Assembly: GCA_038890875.1 (NCBI GenBank)
Contig: JAWAFA010000001.1
Span: forward strand, 863 to 64,862
DNA: 64,000 bases
Direction of reading: 5' to 3'
Origin: Candidatus Pacearchaeota archaeon
GTDB taxonomy: Archaea > Nanobdellota > Nanobdellia > Pacearchaeales > JAPDKA01
Both the position numbers and the translations under genes were made by a program. Shown here one piece after another: positions 17,235 through 28,080 of this stretch. Below the pieces are notes generated by a model. That model ran no database searches, was not told where the DNA came from, and saw only the letters and a program-made list of their open reading frames with translations. Within the stretch, counting starts at the first letter, position 1; every line of letters starts with the position of its first letter.

Positions 17235-18614
17235 ATGATAAAAAAACCAACAAGAAGTATTAGTGGTGTACTGCCACTAACTGTTGTTACAAAACCGCTT
17301 GGCTGCAAGCATAACTGTACTTATTGTCCTACCCTCAATGTGCCAAAAAGTTATACTCCAGAAAGTCCAGCTATCTTAAGAGCATCAATGCTTAATTATG
17401 ATCCTTATAAGCAGGTAAAGGCAAGATTAAAAGTGCTGAGAATAATGAAGCATATAACAAATAAAATTGAACTCATAATCATAGGAGGCACCTTTCTTGA
17501 AAATCCTATTGAATATCAATATTATTTTATAAAAAGTTGCTATGATGCACTAAATAATAAGAAAGCAAGAAGTTTGAAGGAGGCAAAAAAAATAAATGAA
17601 AGGGCAAATAACAGAGTCATAGCTCTTTGCCTTGAAACAAGGCCTGATGCTTGTGACAAAGAAAAAATTCTTCATGCTCTTGAGTTTGGTACGACAAGAA
17701 TTGAGCTAGGAGTTCAAGCTATAGATAATAAAATTTTAAAAATTGTCAATAGGGGGCATGATGTAAAAGCCATAATTAACGCTACTTTGTTATTAAAAGA
17801 TAGTGGATTTAAAATAGGGTACCACTTTATGCCAGGACTTCCAGGAAGTAGCGCTAAGAAAGATTTAGCAATGTATAAAAAAATTTTTTCTGATGAAAAA
17901 TTTAAACCAGATCAAATTAAAATTTATCCTACACAGGTTATTAAGGGTTCTAAGCTCGAAGAGCTCTATACTCAGGACAAATACTTACCTTATAGCAAAG
18001 AAGAGCTTATGGAATTGCTAATAAAGATGAAGCTAATTACTCCGAGATATTGCAGGATAATGCGAGTTATGAGAGAAATACCAAAACAGTGGCTTGTTGC
18101 TGGAGTTCTAAGTATAAATTTAAGGCAGGAAATAAGAAAGGAAATGCAAGAGAAAGGGTTAAAATGTGGTTGTATTAGGTGTAGAGAAATTGGATTTGTA
18201 GGTAGTGCTGCTAACAGTTTGAATGATTTAAAAATAAAGATAACAAAATATAATGCTAGTAAAGGAAAAGAATTTTTCATTGAGGCTGTCGATAGTAATG
18301 ATGTACTTTTTGGTCTTGCACGCTTGAGGTTTCCTTATCGACCATTTGTTCCTGAGCTTGAAGATAAGGCTATTGTGCGCGAGCTTCATGTTTATGGAAG
18401 AGCTCTAAGTATCACCCAACGAGCCAAACCTCATACCGAATCCTCGCTACTTGCACAGCATAAAGGAATTGGTAAACTGCTACTTGAAACTGCAGAAAGC
18501 ATTGCTAAACAAAACTATGATTCTATTGCTGTGATAAGTGGTGTCGGTGTTCGCGAGTATTATAGAAAACTTGGTTATATGCTCGTCGGGAGATATATGA
18601 TTAAGAGCATATGA
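17235..18614 (+). CDS. elp3: tRNA uridine(34) acetyltransferase Elp3 (radical SAM + GNAT)
   Basis: CKHNCTYCP, SYT..P, ETRPD, KIYPT, CIRCREIG, RELHVYG, QHKGIG, VISGVGVREYY. Confidence 0.95.
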   Translation: MIKKPTRSISGVLPLTVVTKPLGCKHNCTYCPTLNVPKSYTPESPAILRASMLNYDPYKQVKARLKVLRIMKHITNKIELIIIGGTFLENPIEYQYYFIKSCYDALNNKKARSLKEAKKINERANNRVIALCLETRPDACDKEKILHALEFGTTRIELGVQAIDNKILKIVNRGHDVKAIINATLLLKDSGFKIGYHFMPGLPGSSAKKDLAMYKKIFSDEKFKPDQIKIYPTQVIKGSKLEELYTQDKYLPYSKEELMELLIKMKLITPRYCRIMRVMREIPKQWLVAGVLSINLRQEIRKEMQEKGLKCGCIRCREIGFVGSAANSLNDLKIKITKYNASKGKEFFIEAVDSNDVLFGLARLRFPYRPFVPELEDKAIVRELHVYGRALSITQRAKPHTESSLLAQHKGIGKLLLETAESIAKQNYDSIAVISGVGVREYYRKLGYMLVGRYMIKSI

Positions 18615-18636
18615 GACATCTAAGGTTTAAAGCTAT

Positions 18637-18652
18637 GAAAACCTTTTTAAAT
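18637..18652 (+). promoter_or_regulatory. BRE/TATA promoter of tbp (example of the window-wide leaderless promoter motif)
   Basis: GAAAACCTTTTTAAAT ending about 23 nt before ATG 18675; no Shine-Dalgarno. Confidence 0.55.
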
Positions 18653-18674
18653 TCTATGTATTTAAAAATCTTAC

Positions 18675-19223
18675 ATGGTGAAGGTTATAAGAGGTAAGTA
18701 CAAAATTCAAAATCTTGTAGCTACAACAAGCCTTGAGGTTAATGTTCCTTTAATCAAACTTGCTAAAACAAATCCTAATACAGAATACAACCCTGAACAA
18801 TTTCCTGGTTTAGTTTTACGCATTACTCGGCCAAAGTCAGCTGTACTTGTTTTCTCCTCAGGAAAGCTTGTTTGTACAGGAACGAAAAATATGAAACAAG
18901 TAAATGAAGTTATAAGGCAAGTGATAAAAGAATTAAAAAAAATAGGAATAAAAGTTAAAATAAAGCCTAAGCTCACTATTCAAAATATCGTCGCTAGTGG
19001 TGAGATAAATTTAAAGTTAAATCTTAATCAATTATCTTTGATCTTAGAGAATATTGAATATGAACCGGAGCAATTCCCTGGCTTAGTTTACAAAATTCCT
19101 ATACCAAATGCAACCTTCCTTCTTTTTGGTAATGGCCAATTTGTGTGCACGGGAACAAAGAATAAGGAAGAGCTAAAAATTGCTATAGATACATTAAGAA
19201 AAAACTTGAAAGCAGTTTTATAA
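18675..19223 (+). CDS. tbp: TATA-box binding protein
   Basis: Two repeats of Y.PEQFPGLV..LxFxxG..VCTG. Confidence 0.98.
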   Translation: MVKVIRGKYKIQNLVATTSLEVNVPLIKLAKTNPNTEYNPEQFPGLVLRITRPKSAVLVFSSGKLVCTGTKNMKQVNEVIRQVIKELKKIGIKVKIKPKLTIQNIVASGEINLKLNLNQLSLILENIEYEPEQFPGLVYKIPIPNATFLLFGNGQFVCTGTKNKEELKIAIDTLRKNLKAVL

Positions 19224-19294
19224 TTTTATTTTTTAACTTGAAGAAAGTTAAAAATTAAAGAAAAATTTAAAAGAAAGTGTTTTTTTAAAAAAAC

Positions 19295-21307
19295 ATGCAA
19301 AGCGAATTTCTACTAGAAGCTAAAGAATTCATTGAAAGTCAAAAAAAAGAGATAATTAAAGAGATCAAAAAAGGAAAGAAAAGTATCACCTTATCTTTTA
19401 ATAGCATTCTTGAATTTAGCCATAAGCTGGCTGATTGGATTCTTGAGAAGCCAGAAGAAGGGCTCGCTAATTTAGGATTTGCTTTAGATGAACTTGGGAT
19501 AGTTAAAGGAGTTAAAATCAGGTTTACTGATTTACCATTTAGCCAAGAGATTAAAATAAGAGAGATAAGAAGTCAGCATATAGGTAAGCTGTTATGTATA
19601 GATGGTATTGTAAGACAGAGTTCAGATGTAAGACCACAAGTAACAAATGCATTATTTGAATGCCCTGCCTGTAGCACAAAAATGAGCATATTGCAGCTAG
19701 ACAAAAGATTCCGCGAGCCAAACAAATGCACGAACTGTGGCCGAAAGAAAAATTTTAAACTAATTGCTAAAGAGCTTGTTGATGCTCAACGCATTGTCAT
19801 TGAAGAAAATCCAGAGAGTTTGGTTGGAGGAGAACAACCAAGAAGGATGAGTGTATTTCTTAAAGAGGATCTCGTCGAGCCAAAAATGGAGGAGAAAACC
19901 ACTCCCGGTTCGAGAGTAAAAGTTATAGGGATATTAAAAGAAGTGCCGATACCTCTAAAAAGCGGTGCTCTTAGCACACGTTACGATCTTGTTATTGAGG
20001 CCAACAATGTTATCCCTCTTGAAGAAAGTTTTGAAGAGCTTGAAATAACAGAGGAGGAGGAAGCTGAAATAAAAGAACTTGCTGCTAGCCCTGATGTTTA
20101 TGAAAAGCTTGCCAAAAGCATTGCTCAAAGTGTTTATGGGTATGATGAAATAAAACTAGCATTAGCTTTACAACTATTTTCTGGGGTAAGAAAAAAGAAG
20201 GCTGATGGTACTTATGCTAGGGGGGATATACACATTTTACTTGTCGGTGATCCTGGAGTAGCAAAATCAGTAATTTTAAAGTTTATTGCCAACATAGCGC
20301 CACGAGGCCGTTATGTTGTTGGTAAAGCAGCGACAGGAGCTGGGATTACGGCTACAGTTGTTAAAGATGAATTTTTAAGTGGTTGGAGTCTTGAAGCTGG
20401 AGCGATGGTTTTGGCTAATAAAGGAATCATTTGCATAGATGAGTTAGAAAAGATGAGTGATCAAGATAGAAGTGCAATGCATGAAGGAATGGAACAGCAA
20501 ACCATTACTATAAGCAAAGCGAATGTTCAAGCAACGTTACGTGCAGAAACTTCTGTGTTAAGTGCAGCTAATCCAAAATTTGGTCGATTCGATCCTTATC
20601 AACATATAGCCCAACAAATCGATTTGCCACCAACCTTAATAAATCGTTTTGATTTAATATTTGTTCTCCGTGATATCCCGGAGCGTGAACAAGATGAAGC
20701 TATCGCTGATCATGTTTTAAAAGAGCATAAAAATATCACAAGAAAGCCACCAATACCACCTGAACTATTGAAAAAGTATATTGCTTATGCAAAACAAAAG
20801 GTTGTGCCTAAACTTACTGATGAAGCAATAGAAGAAATAAAAAATTTTTACGTTAATCTTAGATCTGCTCCAACAAGTGGCGGAGAAGATATACTTATAA
20901 GACCAATTCCAATAAGTGCACGACAGCTTGAGGCATTGATAAGGCTTAGCGAAGCAAGTGCCCGGGTAAGATTAAGTCAGAAAGTTACAGCTGAAGATGC
21001 AAGAAGAGCAATAGGTCTCTTAAGATATTCCTTGCTTCAAGTTGGCCTTGACCAAGAGACTGGGCAAATTGACATTGATAGAATTACCACAGGCGTTCCT
21101 GCTAGTGAAAGAGCTAAAATAATCCTTGTTAGAGAAACGATTAATAGGCTTGAATCAAGGCTTGGGAAGATGATACCAATAAAAGAACTTGCAAAAGAAT
21201 TGGAAGATAAAATAAGTACTGATGAAGTGTATGATATTATCGAGAAATTAAAGGTTACTGGAGATATTTTTGAGCCAAAAAAAGGATTTATTGAAAAAAC
21301 AAGATAA
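19295..21307 (+). CDS. mcm: MCM replicative helicase
   Basis: C4 zinc finger, GDPGVAKS Walker A, IDELEKM, NRFD, ARQLEALIRL, C-terminal wH. Confidence 0.98.
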   Translation: MQSEFLLEAKEFIESQKKEIIKEIKKGKKSITLSFNSILEFSHKLADWILEKPEEGLANLGFALDELGIVKGVKIRFTDLPFSQEIKIREIRSQHIGKLLCIDGIVRQSSDVRPQVTNALFECPACSTKMSILQLDKRFREPNKCTNCGRKKNFKLIAKELVDAQRIVIEENPESLVGGEQPRRMSVFLKEDLVEPKMEEKTTPGSRVKVIGILKEVPIPLKSGALSTRYDLVIEANNVIPLEESFEELEITEEEEAEIKELAASPDVYEKLAKSIAQSVYGYDEIKLALALQLFSGVRKKKADGTYARGDIHILLVGDPGVAKSVILKFIANIAPRGRYVVGKAATGAGITATVVKDEFLSGWSLEAGAMVLANKGIICIDELEKMSDQDRSAMHEGMEQQTITISKANVQATLRAETSVLSAANPKFGRFDPYQHIAQQIDLPPTLINRFDLIFVLRDIPEREQDEAIADHVLKEHKNITRKPPIPPELLKKYIAYAKQKVVPKLTDEAIEEIKNFYVNLRSAPTSGGEDILIRPIPISARQLEALIRLSEASARVRLSQKVTAEDARRAIGLLRYSLLQVGLDQETGQIDIDRITTGVPASERAKIILVRETINRLESRLGKMIPIKELAKELEDKISTDEVYDIIEKLKVTGDIFEPKKGFIEKTR

Positions 21308-21310
21308 AAA

Positions 21311-21949
21311 ATGCTTAGAAGAACAGCTTTTAAAGTATGGATAGAAAATTTAAATAAAGCTAAACAGATTTTTGATGCTGGCAGGTTTATAGGAGTTGAA
21401 TTTAACGGTCAGATAGTTTCACGAGTTAATGTGATTGCTAACGTTATCGATAAATTTCAAGGAGAAAATTTTACCATCATTACGGTTGATGATTCTACTG
21501 GTATTATCGAAGTAAGAGATTTTGAAAATGCACTTAAGAATATTGAAATTGGGGATGTTGTGCTAGTTATTGGAACACTTAAAAGCTATAATGAAAAAAT
21601 CTATTTAGCGAGAGAGATAGTAAAAAAAGTCCATCCTTTATGGTTAGCTGCAAGAAAACTTGAGCTTGAAAAGTTATACGGATTAAAAACAAAAGAAGAA
21701 ACAAAAGAAACAAAAGCCAATGATGGTGAAAAAATTAATCAAGAAAGAATAAATCAAGAAAATGAAGAATTAAAAGAGGCTATATTAAAAATAGTAAAAA
21801 ACAAGGAAGAGATAGGAGAAGAAGTGATTGTTGAGGATATTTATCTTGAATTAAATTATCCAATAGAGGAAATAAAAAAAGCGATAGAGCAATTAATTGA
21901 TGAAGCGAAGATTTATGAACCACGGCCAGGGATAATAAAAACTTTTTAA
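21311..21949 (+). CDS. RPA2-like OB-fold + winged-helix ssDNA-binding protein
   Basis: RVNVIA..VDDSTG OB fold; IYEPRPG wH tail. Confidence 0.8.
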   Translation: MLRRTAFKVWIENLNKAKQIFDAGRFIGVEFNGQIVSRVNVIANVIDKFQGENFTIITVDDSTGIIEVRDFENALKNIEIGDVVLVIGTLKSYNEKIYLAREIVKKVHPLWLAARKLELEKLYGLKTKEETKETKANDGEKINQERINQENEELKEAILKIVKNKEEIGEEVIVEDIYLELNYPIEEIKKAIEQLIDEAKIYEPRPGIIKTF

Positions 21950-21960
21950 ATTAAGTTTAA

Positions 21961-22305
21961 ATGGCAGAAAAAAGAGTTAAAAATATAGTGATAAGCTTAA
22001 GTTTAGAACCTAGATTTAGGGTTTTTTCAAGAAAGGGATGGATAAATATAGAGGGGATTAAAAAACTAAGGAACATTTTTAGTGAAGAAAGAGCGAGGAT
22101 ATTGTTTACATTAAAACAAGAAAGACCAGAATCTATATATCAACTTGCAAAAAAACTTGGGAGAGATGTCAAGGCAGTAAAAAAAGATCTAAAGATTTTA
22201 GAGCAGATCGGGGTTATTACGCTCACGCAAGAAAAAAAGAAAGCAAGAATAAAGATAAAACCTCAAATTGCTGTTGATGAAATAAATGTAAAGTTTGTTA
22301 TTTAA
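21961..22305 (+). CDS. HTH transcriptional regulator (HVO_A0114-like)
   Basis: PESIYQLAKKLGRD.KAV.KDL..LE..G. Confidence 0.75.
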   Translation: MAEKRVKNIVISLSLEPRFRVFSRKGWINIEGIKKLRNIFSEERARILFTLKQERPESIYQLAKKLGRDVKAVKKDLKILEQIGVITLTQEKKKARIKIKPQIAVDEINVKFVI

Positions 22306-22321
22306 AAGTTTGCTATTGACT

Positions 22322-24445
22322 CTATTGACCTGGAACTGTTTTATAAAATTTTATTCTTCCTGCCAGCTGGTTTTTTGGTTTAAGCAAAGTTAAGATTCCA
22401 TAACCAATTGCAATAATTCCAAGAATTATTATGAGCGGAATCCATGATTTTTTCAATGCTCCGACAACTCCACCAGTTATGCCGCCGCCTTCACTCCCAC
22501 CACCGACGCTCACGCCGCCCTCGCCTCCGCTCTCTCCTCCTTTGCCCTGGCTCTCTTCACTTTTTATGCTCTCATTAATAGTTTGATTTGTTTGGTTCAC
22601 TTCACAGCTTTTTTCAGTTATTGGTAATATACCACCACAATTATTTAAATCAACACAGCTTCTTGTTTGCTTACCATCAATACAAGCACTCCACTCACTG
22701 CATTGCCAACTTGGGCTGCATGAATAATAACTACTGCCACCACCGCCACCTCGTCCGCCTCCGCCGCCAGAGCCGCCAGAGCTACCAGTAATTGTTAAGT
22801 TAAAACTCGTGCTATTACTTCCTTGGTTTCCTGCTTGATCAAAGCAAGTAACATTGAAAAAATAGCTTCCAGATTTTGTGAATTGCTTGGTAAAGTTGGA
22901 ATAACTTGCATTGACAACATCGAGTGATCCATTATAGTTTTGAGGGCCACTAATGACATAACTGCAACTTAAGTTTGTCTTATCATCTATTGCAGTGAAA
23001 TTAAATAAAATGCTCAGAGAGCCTGTGCTACTATAACTTGTTTGATTTGGCTCAATGATTGTCACATTAGGTTGAATAACATCAACTTCAAAGTACAGAG
23101 TCTCGCTTGCATTACTATGGCTAAATTCATCCCAGCAAGTCACGCTCCAATTATGCAAGCCTTCTGCCAGGCCTGAAACATTAGCTAAAAAACTTTGGTT
23201 GCCATTCCCAGCAGCCAGAGTTTGATTAATCTCGCCATCAATGCTTAGATTGCATGTAATGTTTGTTAAGTCACTCGCGCTCCATATAAATGTTGCATTT
23301 GTTTTAACATAGCTATTATTGGCTGGGCTAATTAATTCAATTTTTGGCGCGCTCGTATCAATGATCAAGCGCCGTGTCTCGCTTGTTGCCTGCCAGCCCG
23401 CTTTGTCAATGCAACTGATGGCCCATGAATGGATGCCATCGCTAAGATTTTCAATAAAGGAATAATTTCCTGATGTATTTATAGTAAAAGAATCATTAAC
23501 TTTAGTGTTAAGGATTAAAGAGCAATTGAGCTCTGGATTCAAGCCTGAGCAATTCCCAGCGCAAGTATTATTAAAGGAATCGTCGTCAACATAAAAAGTA
23601 AAATTTACTAATGAATCATTTATAATTGTATTATCTGATGGTGAGGATATTGTTAATGAAGGCATTTTAAAATCTATTCTAAGCCACATTTCTGTTGTTT
23701 CATTGCTATTGCCCGCCTTATCTGCTACTTTATATCTAAAGTTTAAGTATTTTTTTGTTTCATTACTTATTAATGAAAGGTGGGTAGTGCAGTTATTATT
23801 ATTGCAAGTCATAGATTGATTATTATTAATAGTAGAAGATGCACCATATGCACTAACATAATCATAGATTATATAAGCATTATCAACTCCACTTTCAGAC
23901 TCATTAATTATCAGCATAAATGTAATGTTTGTTCCATTTTTCATAAAATCACCATTTGCAGGGTTATAATATAAAATTCTTGGGGCGTTGGCATCATTAA
24001 GAATTGTCACATTAACTTGAGTGAAGTTTGTGGTATTTTGTTTATCAATCGTGATTATTCTCCAAGTATCATTTATAGTATTATTCACAAAATCTGCTCT
24101 TGCATAAAATTCGAAAAGAAATGGACTCGAACCAATACCTGTGGAACTACTATTCCAGTAAATTGAATTATTTGTATATTTATAATCCCACTCGCGAACA
24201 TAGCTCACATTTATAATTGTAAAATTATTCACTGTTAAATTGATTTTACAAATAGCATCACCATTATTGTTTGATATTATAAAAGTAAATTGCTCAATCC
24301 TTCCTTCCCATGTTTGGTTTGGCGTTACTGAGGCTGAAGGGACATGCCAGGCTTTTGCCATGCCGCTTAAGCTGAGTGCAAGCATCAAAGCAAGCATTAA
24401 AGCTAGAATAAAGGCAACAAGTTTAAGTTCAAATTTTCTCGCCAT
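22322..24445 (-). CDS. Cell-surface glycoprotein: Ig-like repeats, Gly/Ser linker, Cys/Trp module, C-terminal TM anchor
   Basis: Signal peptide, repeated C.D.AGN strands, many sequons, CSPSWQCSEWSAC..QTRSC.D.NNC, TM. Confidence 0.8.
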   Translation of the reverse strand: MARKFELKLVAFILALMLALMLALSLSGMAKAWHVPSASVTPNQTWEGRIEQFTFIISNNNGDAICKINLTVNNFTIINVSYVREWDYKYTNNSIYWNSSSTGIGSSPFLFEFYARADFVNNTINDTWRIITIDKQNTTNFTQVNVTILNDANAPRILYYNPANGDFMKNGTNITFMLIINESESGVDNAYIIYDYVSAYGASSTINNNQSMTCNNNNCTTHLSLISNETKKYLNFRYKVADKAGNSNETTEMWLRIDFKMPSLTISSPSDNTIINDSLVNFTFYVDDDSFNNTCAGNCSGLNPELNCSLILNTKVNDSFTINTSGNYSFIENLSDGIHSWAISCIDKAGWQATSETRRLIIDTSAPKIELISPANNSYVKTNATFIWSASDLTNITCNLSIDGEINQTLAAGNGNQSFLANVSGLAEGLHNWSVTCWDEFSHSNASETLYFEVDVIQPNVTIIEPNQTSYSSTGSLSILFNFTAIDDKTNLSCSYVISGPQNYNGSLDVVNASYSNFTKQFTKSGSYFFNVTCFDQAGNQGSNSTSFNLTITGSSGGSGGGGGRGGGGGSSYYSCSPSWQCSEWSACIDGKQTRSCVDLNNCGGILPITEKSCEVNQTNQTINESIKSEESQGKGGESGGEGGVSVGGGSEGGGITGGVVGALKKSWIPLIIILGIIAIGYGILTLLKPKNQLAGRIKFYKTVPGQ

Positions 24446-24549
24446 TTTCCTCTTTTAATTTATATCTAAAGGCATGGCCATTTTTAAAGATTTCTTTGAA
24501 AAATTACTACCGAAAAAAACAATTGGCAAAAAGATTAACTAAGCATCTG

Positions 24550-25410
24550 CTAATCATCTGCTAATTGCAAAAGTTGGCATGCTTTGCAGACAGCATTTCT
24601 TGAAGGTTCTCCGCAACTCTTGCAATAGTTTATTTTTTCATTACTTAGACTTTTTTTTAACGATTCTTTTATTTTAAGAAAATTTTTTACTATATTTTTT
24701 TTCACATCCAGGTTTATTTTTTCAAGCTCATTAAGCTTATTTCTTACTTCATGACGGGTAGCTCCAATAACACAAGGACATCGTTGGTAAAGTACTGGAA
24801 AATTCATAAGCTGAGAGTATTGTTTTACATCGACCTCTTTACACCAATAAAGAGGCTTTATTCTCGTAACAAATTTTTTATCATTTATTACACCAGTAAT
24901 TGGACCAAGACCAAGACCATAATAAGGATCACCCCTTAAGATATTCATTATAATTGTTTGTGCCTCATCATCAAGGTTATGCCCAGTAGCAAGTTTAGTT
25001 GCACCAAGCTGTCTAGCCTTTTTATTTATCAACCATCTTCTAATAACACCACAAATAGAGCATTGTTTTAACTTTGCTTTTTGTTGCACAACAGATTTAA
25101 CATAACATATTCCGTATCCTATTTCATCACGAATTGAATAAACATGGAGTTTTATTCCTTGCTCTTCACAAAATTTTTTTACATTTGCCAAATTTTGTTC
25201 ACTCCATTTACCCATCAATAAATTTATATGTAAAGCACTAACATTATAACCAAACTTGTTTAATAAATAAAGCACTGTCGTGCTATCCTTGCCTCCAGAG
25301 CAGGCAACAACAATTTTATCGTTCTTGCTACATAATTCATATTCTTGAATTGTTTTTCTAACTCTTTCTTCAAAATTTCTTATGAAATTTTTCACAGATC
25401 GCTCACTCAT
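24550..25410 (-). CDS. tRNA 2-thiolation PP-loop ATPase (TtuA/Ncs6/TtcA family)
   Basis: SGGKDS, CSICG..RR, TGHNLDD, CPC, C-terminal CxxC..CxxC. Confidence 0.9.
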   Translation of the reverse strand: MSERSVKNFIRNFEERVRKTIQEYELCSKNDKIVVACSGGKDSTTVLYLLNKFGYNVSALHINLLMGKWSEQNLANVKKFCEEQGIKLHVYSIRDEIGYGICYVKSVVQQKAKLKQCSICGVIRRWLINKKARQLGATKLATGHNLDDEAQTIIMNILRGDPYYGLGLGPITGVINDKKFVTRIKPLYWCKEVDVKQYSQLMNFPVLYQRCPCVIGATRHEVRNKLNELEKINLDVKKNIVKNFLKIKESLKKSLSNEKINYCKSCGEPSRNAVCKACQLLQLADD

Positions 25411-25458
25411 TTTCTCATAATGAGAATATAAGATTATAAAAATATAATGGAAAACAGA

Positions 25459-25875
25459 TTATTTCCCTCTTTCTTTCTTGATTTTCTTTTCTATAGCTTC
25501 TGCAATCTTTTGCATCTCTTCTTTAGAAATATTTTTTATATTATCAAGATTTATCGATGCTCCATGACCATCATTTGGGAATCTTGGTACAAGCCAAACA
25601 TGAGCATGCGGCACTTCTTCTCCAAGCACAAGAGAAACAACCCATTCTGTCATTAATGCCCTTCTTATTGCATTAGCAACCTTACCGACAACTTTATAGT
25701 AACCAGCAATATCTTCAACATCCCAAACCCAACGATAATGTTTTTTTGGTATAACGAGAGTATGCCCAGGATTTCTTGGAGCTATGTCAAGAAAAGCAAG
25801 GTACTTTTTATCTTCATAAACCTTGTAACAAGGAATTTCACCCTTGACGATTTTACAAAAGATGCATGTTTCCAT
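25459..25875 (-). CDS. HIT family nucleotide hydrolase
   Basis: CIFCKI, GHTLVIPK.H, VPHAHVWLVPR. Confidence 0.93.
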   Translation of the reverse strand: METCIFCKIVKGEIPCYKVYEDKKYLAFLDIAPRNPGHTLVIPKKHYRWVWDVEDIAGYYKVVGKVANAIRRALMTEWVVSLVLGEEVPHAHVWLVPRFPNDGHGASINLDNIKNISKEEMQKIAEAIEKKIKKERGK

Positions 25876-25949
25876 TATTTTTTTATTTTTTTCATTTTTT
25901 ATATTTTATGTTAAAGAAAAATTTAAAAAGTAGTTACTTTAAAGTTTCT

Positions 25950-26192
25950 ATGACAGATTTACATGAGGTTTATGAAACTGTAATGGATGAAATTGAAAAC
26001 CTTCTTAAAGAAGTAAAAAATGGCCATATTGAAAAAATAAGGATGTTTTATCAAAAAAATAAGAGCGCATTAAACATAGATAGCGTATGTAAGATAATAG
26101 ATGATGTGTTCAGTAAAAAGTACAAAGAAGAAGTTATTAAGATTGTAAAAAGTACTTTGCAGGATCTTATAAAACAGGATTACAAAATATAA
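25950..26192 (+). CDS. Small hypothetical protein
   Basis: ATG 25950 preceded by TATA-like AAAATTTAAAAA. Confidence 0.5.
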   Translation: MTDLHEVYETVMDEIENLLKEVKNGHIEKIRMFYQKNKSALNIDSVCKIIDDVFSKKYKEEVIKIVKSTLQDLIKQDYKI

Positions 26193-26253
26193 ACGAAAAT
26201 ATAAACGAAAGATTTAAAAAGTGTAGTAATTTTAAAATGATGTCAAAAAGAAA

Positions 26254-27537
26254 ATGCAAAACAAAAATTTGAAGTTTATCTTTTTTGCATTTATCCTTAT
26301 ATTTACCCTTACAGCCATATTTACCTTTACTTCTAACCTTGTTAATGCTTTTGATTATTGTGATGCAAATTCGACAAGTAATTACCTTACTGTAAGTATT
26401 TATAATGAGGATAATTTTAGAGGTAAAGACTTCAAGCCTTATGATAAGTTAAACATCGAAGTAAAAGTAACAAATAATGACAACAAAGATCATGACATTG
26501 TTGTAGAGGCCATACTTGTCGATGGAAATGAGACTATAGAAGATACAAAAGTCAAAAATGAGCTTGAGGTAAATGAAGAGAGTTACAAAAAGATAACATT
26601 AACAATTGAGATTCCGGTAATAGAAGAAAAAACTTATGATGTGTATGTAAAAGCTTATGATGACAGAAATGAGACTGAATGTGTGCAGGATTCAAGCTAT
26701 ATTGATATTGATAGACCAACGAGAGAATTAAGAATATTAAATGCTCTGCTTGATAAAAGCAGTTATAGTTGCTCAGAATCATTAATACTTTCAGGGGTTA
26801 TAGCCAATATAGGAACAAATGATGAAAATCAGGTTAAGCTAGTTTATAGTGATGATCTTGGGAATAGTTTTGAAAATTTTTATTATGATTTGTATGAAGG
26901 AGATGAAATAAATTTCATGTTTACAGCCAGTATTCCTGCAAATGCAAGTGAGAGGCAGCATATTGCAACATTAAAAGTTTATTATGATTACAGAAATGGA
27001 AATTACAATCGAATTGATACTTACAATTATTATTTTACTGTATCTGGAGGTTGTATAAAGCCAGTAAAAGATGTAAGCTTAAGCATGAATATTAATTCAG
27101 AGTTAATGGCTAATGAAACTTATCAGGGAATTCTGCTTTTAAGTAATACAGGCAATCTTGATGCAACTTATATCATTGAAATAAATCCTGACTGGGCAAT
27201 TGTTAATCTTGAAACTGGCCTAGTTAGTTTGAATGTTGGAGAATCAAAAGCAGTCAGCTTTACAATAAAACCAACAAAGGAAGGCAATTTCATGCTTATA
27301 GCAAAAGCAAAGTTTGATGGTAAGGAAAAAAGCATAACAAAGAGTGTTAGTGTAAGTAGAGCTGTTAGTAGTTATGAGAGTTATGACGAAGGAAAATATA
27401 GAAAGGCAAGTTGGTGGGATGAAGTTAAATTTGAATTTGCAAGAAGGCCGTGGGCACTTGCTATAGTTATTGGAAGTCTTATTATAGCTATAGTATGCTT
27501 AATCGGAATGATAGTAATACTTCGTAGTAGCTTTTAG
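26254..27537 (+). CDS. S-layer-like/CARDB-repeat surface protein with C-terminal TM
   Basis: Signal peptide, V.N..N.G Ig-like strands, acidic composition, TM anchor. Confidence 0.75.
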   Translation: MQNKNLKFIFFAFILIFTLTAIFTFTSNLVNAFDYCDANSTSNYLTVSIYNEDNFRGKDFKPYDKLNIEVKVTNNDNKDHDIVVEAILVDGNETIEDTKVKNELEVNEESYKKITLTIEIPVIEEKTYDVYVKAYDDRNETECVQDSSYIDIDRPTRELRILNALLDKSSYSCSESLILSGVIANIGTNDENQVKLVYSDDLGNSFENFYYDLYEGDEINFMFTASIPANASERQHIATLKVYYDYRNGNYNRIDTYNYYFTVSGGCIKPVKDVSLSMNINSELMANETYQGILLLSNTGNLDATYIIEINPDWAIVNLETGLVSLNVGESKAVSFTIKPTKEGNFMLIAKAKFDGKEKSITKSVSVSRAVSSYESYDEGKYRKASWWDEVKFEFARRPWALAIVIGSLIIAIVCLIGMIVILRSSF

Positions 27538-27558
27538 GTCTTTGGCTTCTAAGTCTTT

Positions 27559-28080
27559 TTAAACTAAGACTTTAAACTTTTTTTCTCTTATCTCCTCTAA
27601 AACTTTTTCAATAAAATTATCGATATGCTTTAGTAAAACACCTTTTTTCTTCACTATTTGTTTGACAACAAACTCAACTTTAAAATAATTTTTAAATTTT
27701 TCATTCAATTTTTTCCATTGAATCCCTTTCAATGCATCAGCAAGTTTTTTATCAAAACTTAGAGATTTCACAAGCATCAATAAGGCTATCGAAGGATACC
27801 CAAGATAACCTTTAAACCTACTTCCATTATCATCACTTACAATTGCATTTTTTTCTTTGTCATAAATAATTTTATATTTTCTATCACCTTCAGAGCTAAT
27901 ACAACTTGCTTCTACTTTTCTATTTATTTTTTCAATTTTAATTCGTTTATCTGCAATCGCACCAAGAGCCTCAAGAATTTTTATTCTTGGAGGAATTTTC
28001 CATTCAATCTTCCATTCACTAATTTTTTTTCTCTTATTTTCTTTATCTTTTTCTTCTTTATCTTCTTTTTCTTTTTTCAT
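27559..28080 (-). CDS. Hypothetical protein overlapping the stop of the oxidoreductase gene
   Basis: 173 aa ORF, EALGAIAD..DNGS..GYLGYP; 23 nt overlap. Confidence 0.6.
   Translation of the reverse strand: MKKEKEDKEEKDKENKRKKISEWKIEWKIPPRIKILEALGAIADKRIKIEKINRKVEASCISSEGDRKYKIIYDKEKNAIVSDDNGSRFKGYLGYPSIALLMLVKSLSFDKKLADALKGIQWKKLNEKFKNYFKVEFVVKQIVKKKGVLLKHIDNFIEKVLEEIREKKFKVLV

Noticed and set aside
19295..21307. Inteins in MCM (or NrdJ)
   Set aside because: Lengths and motif spacing are normal
22480..22790. GC-rich CCGCC repeats as RNA gene or mobile element
   Set aside because: They encode Gly/Ser linkers of the surface protein
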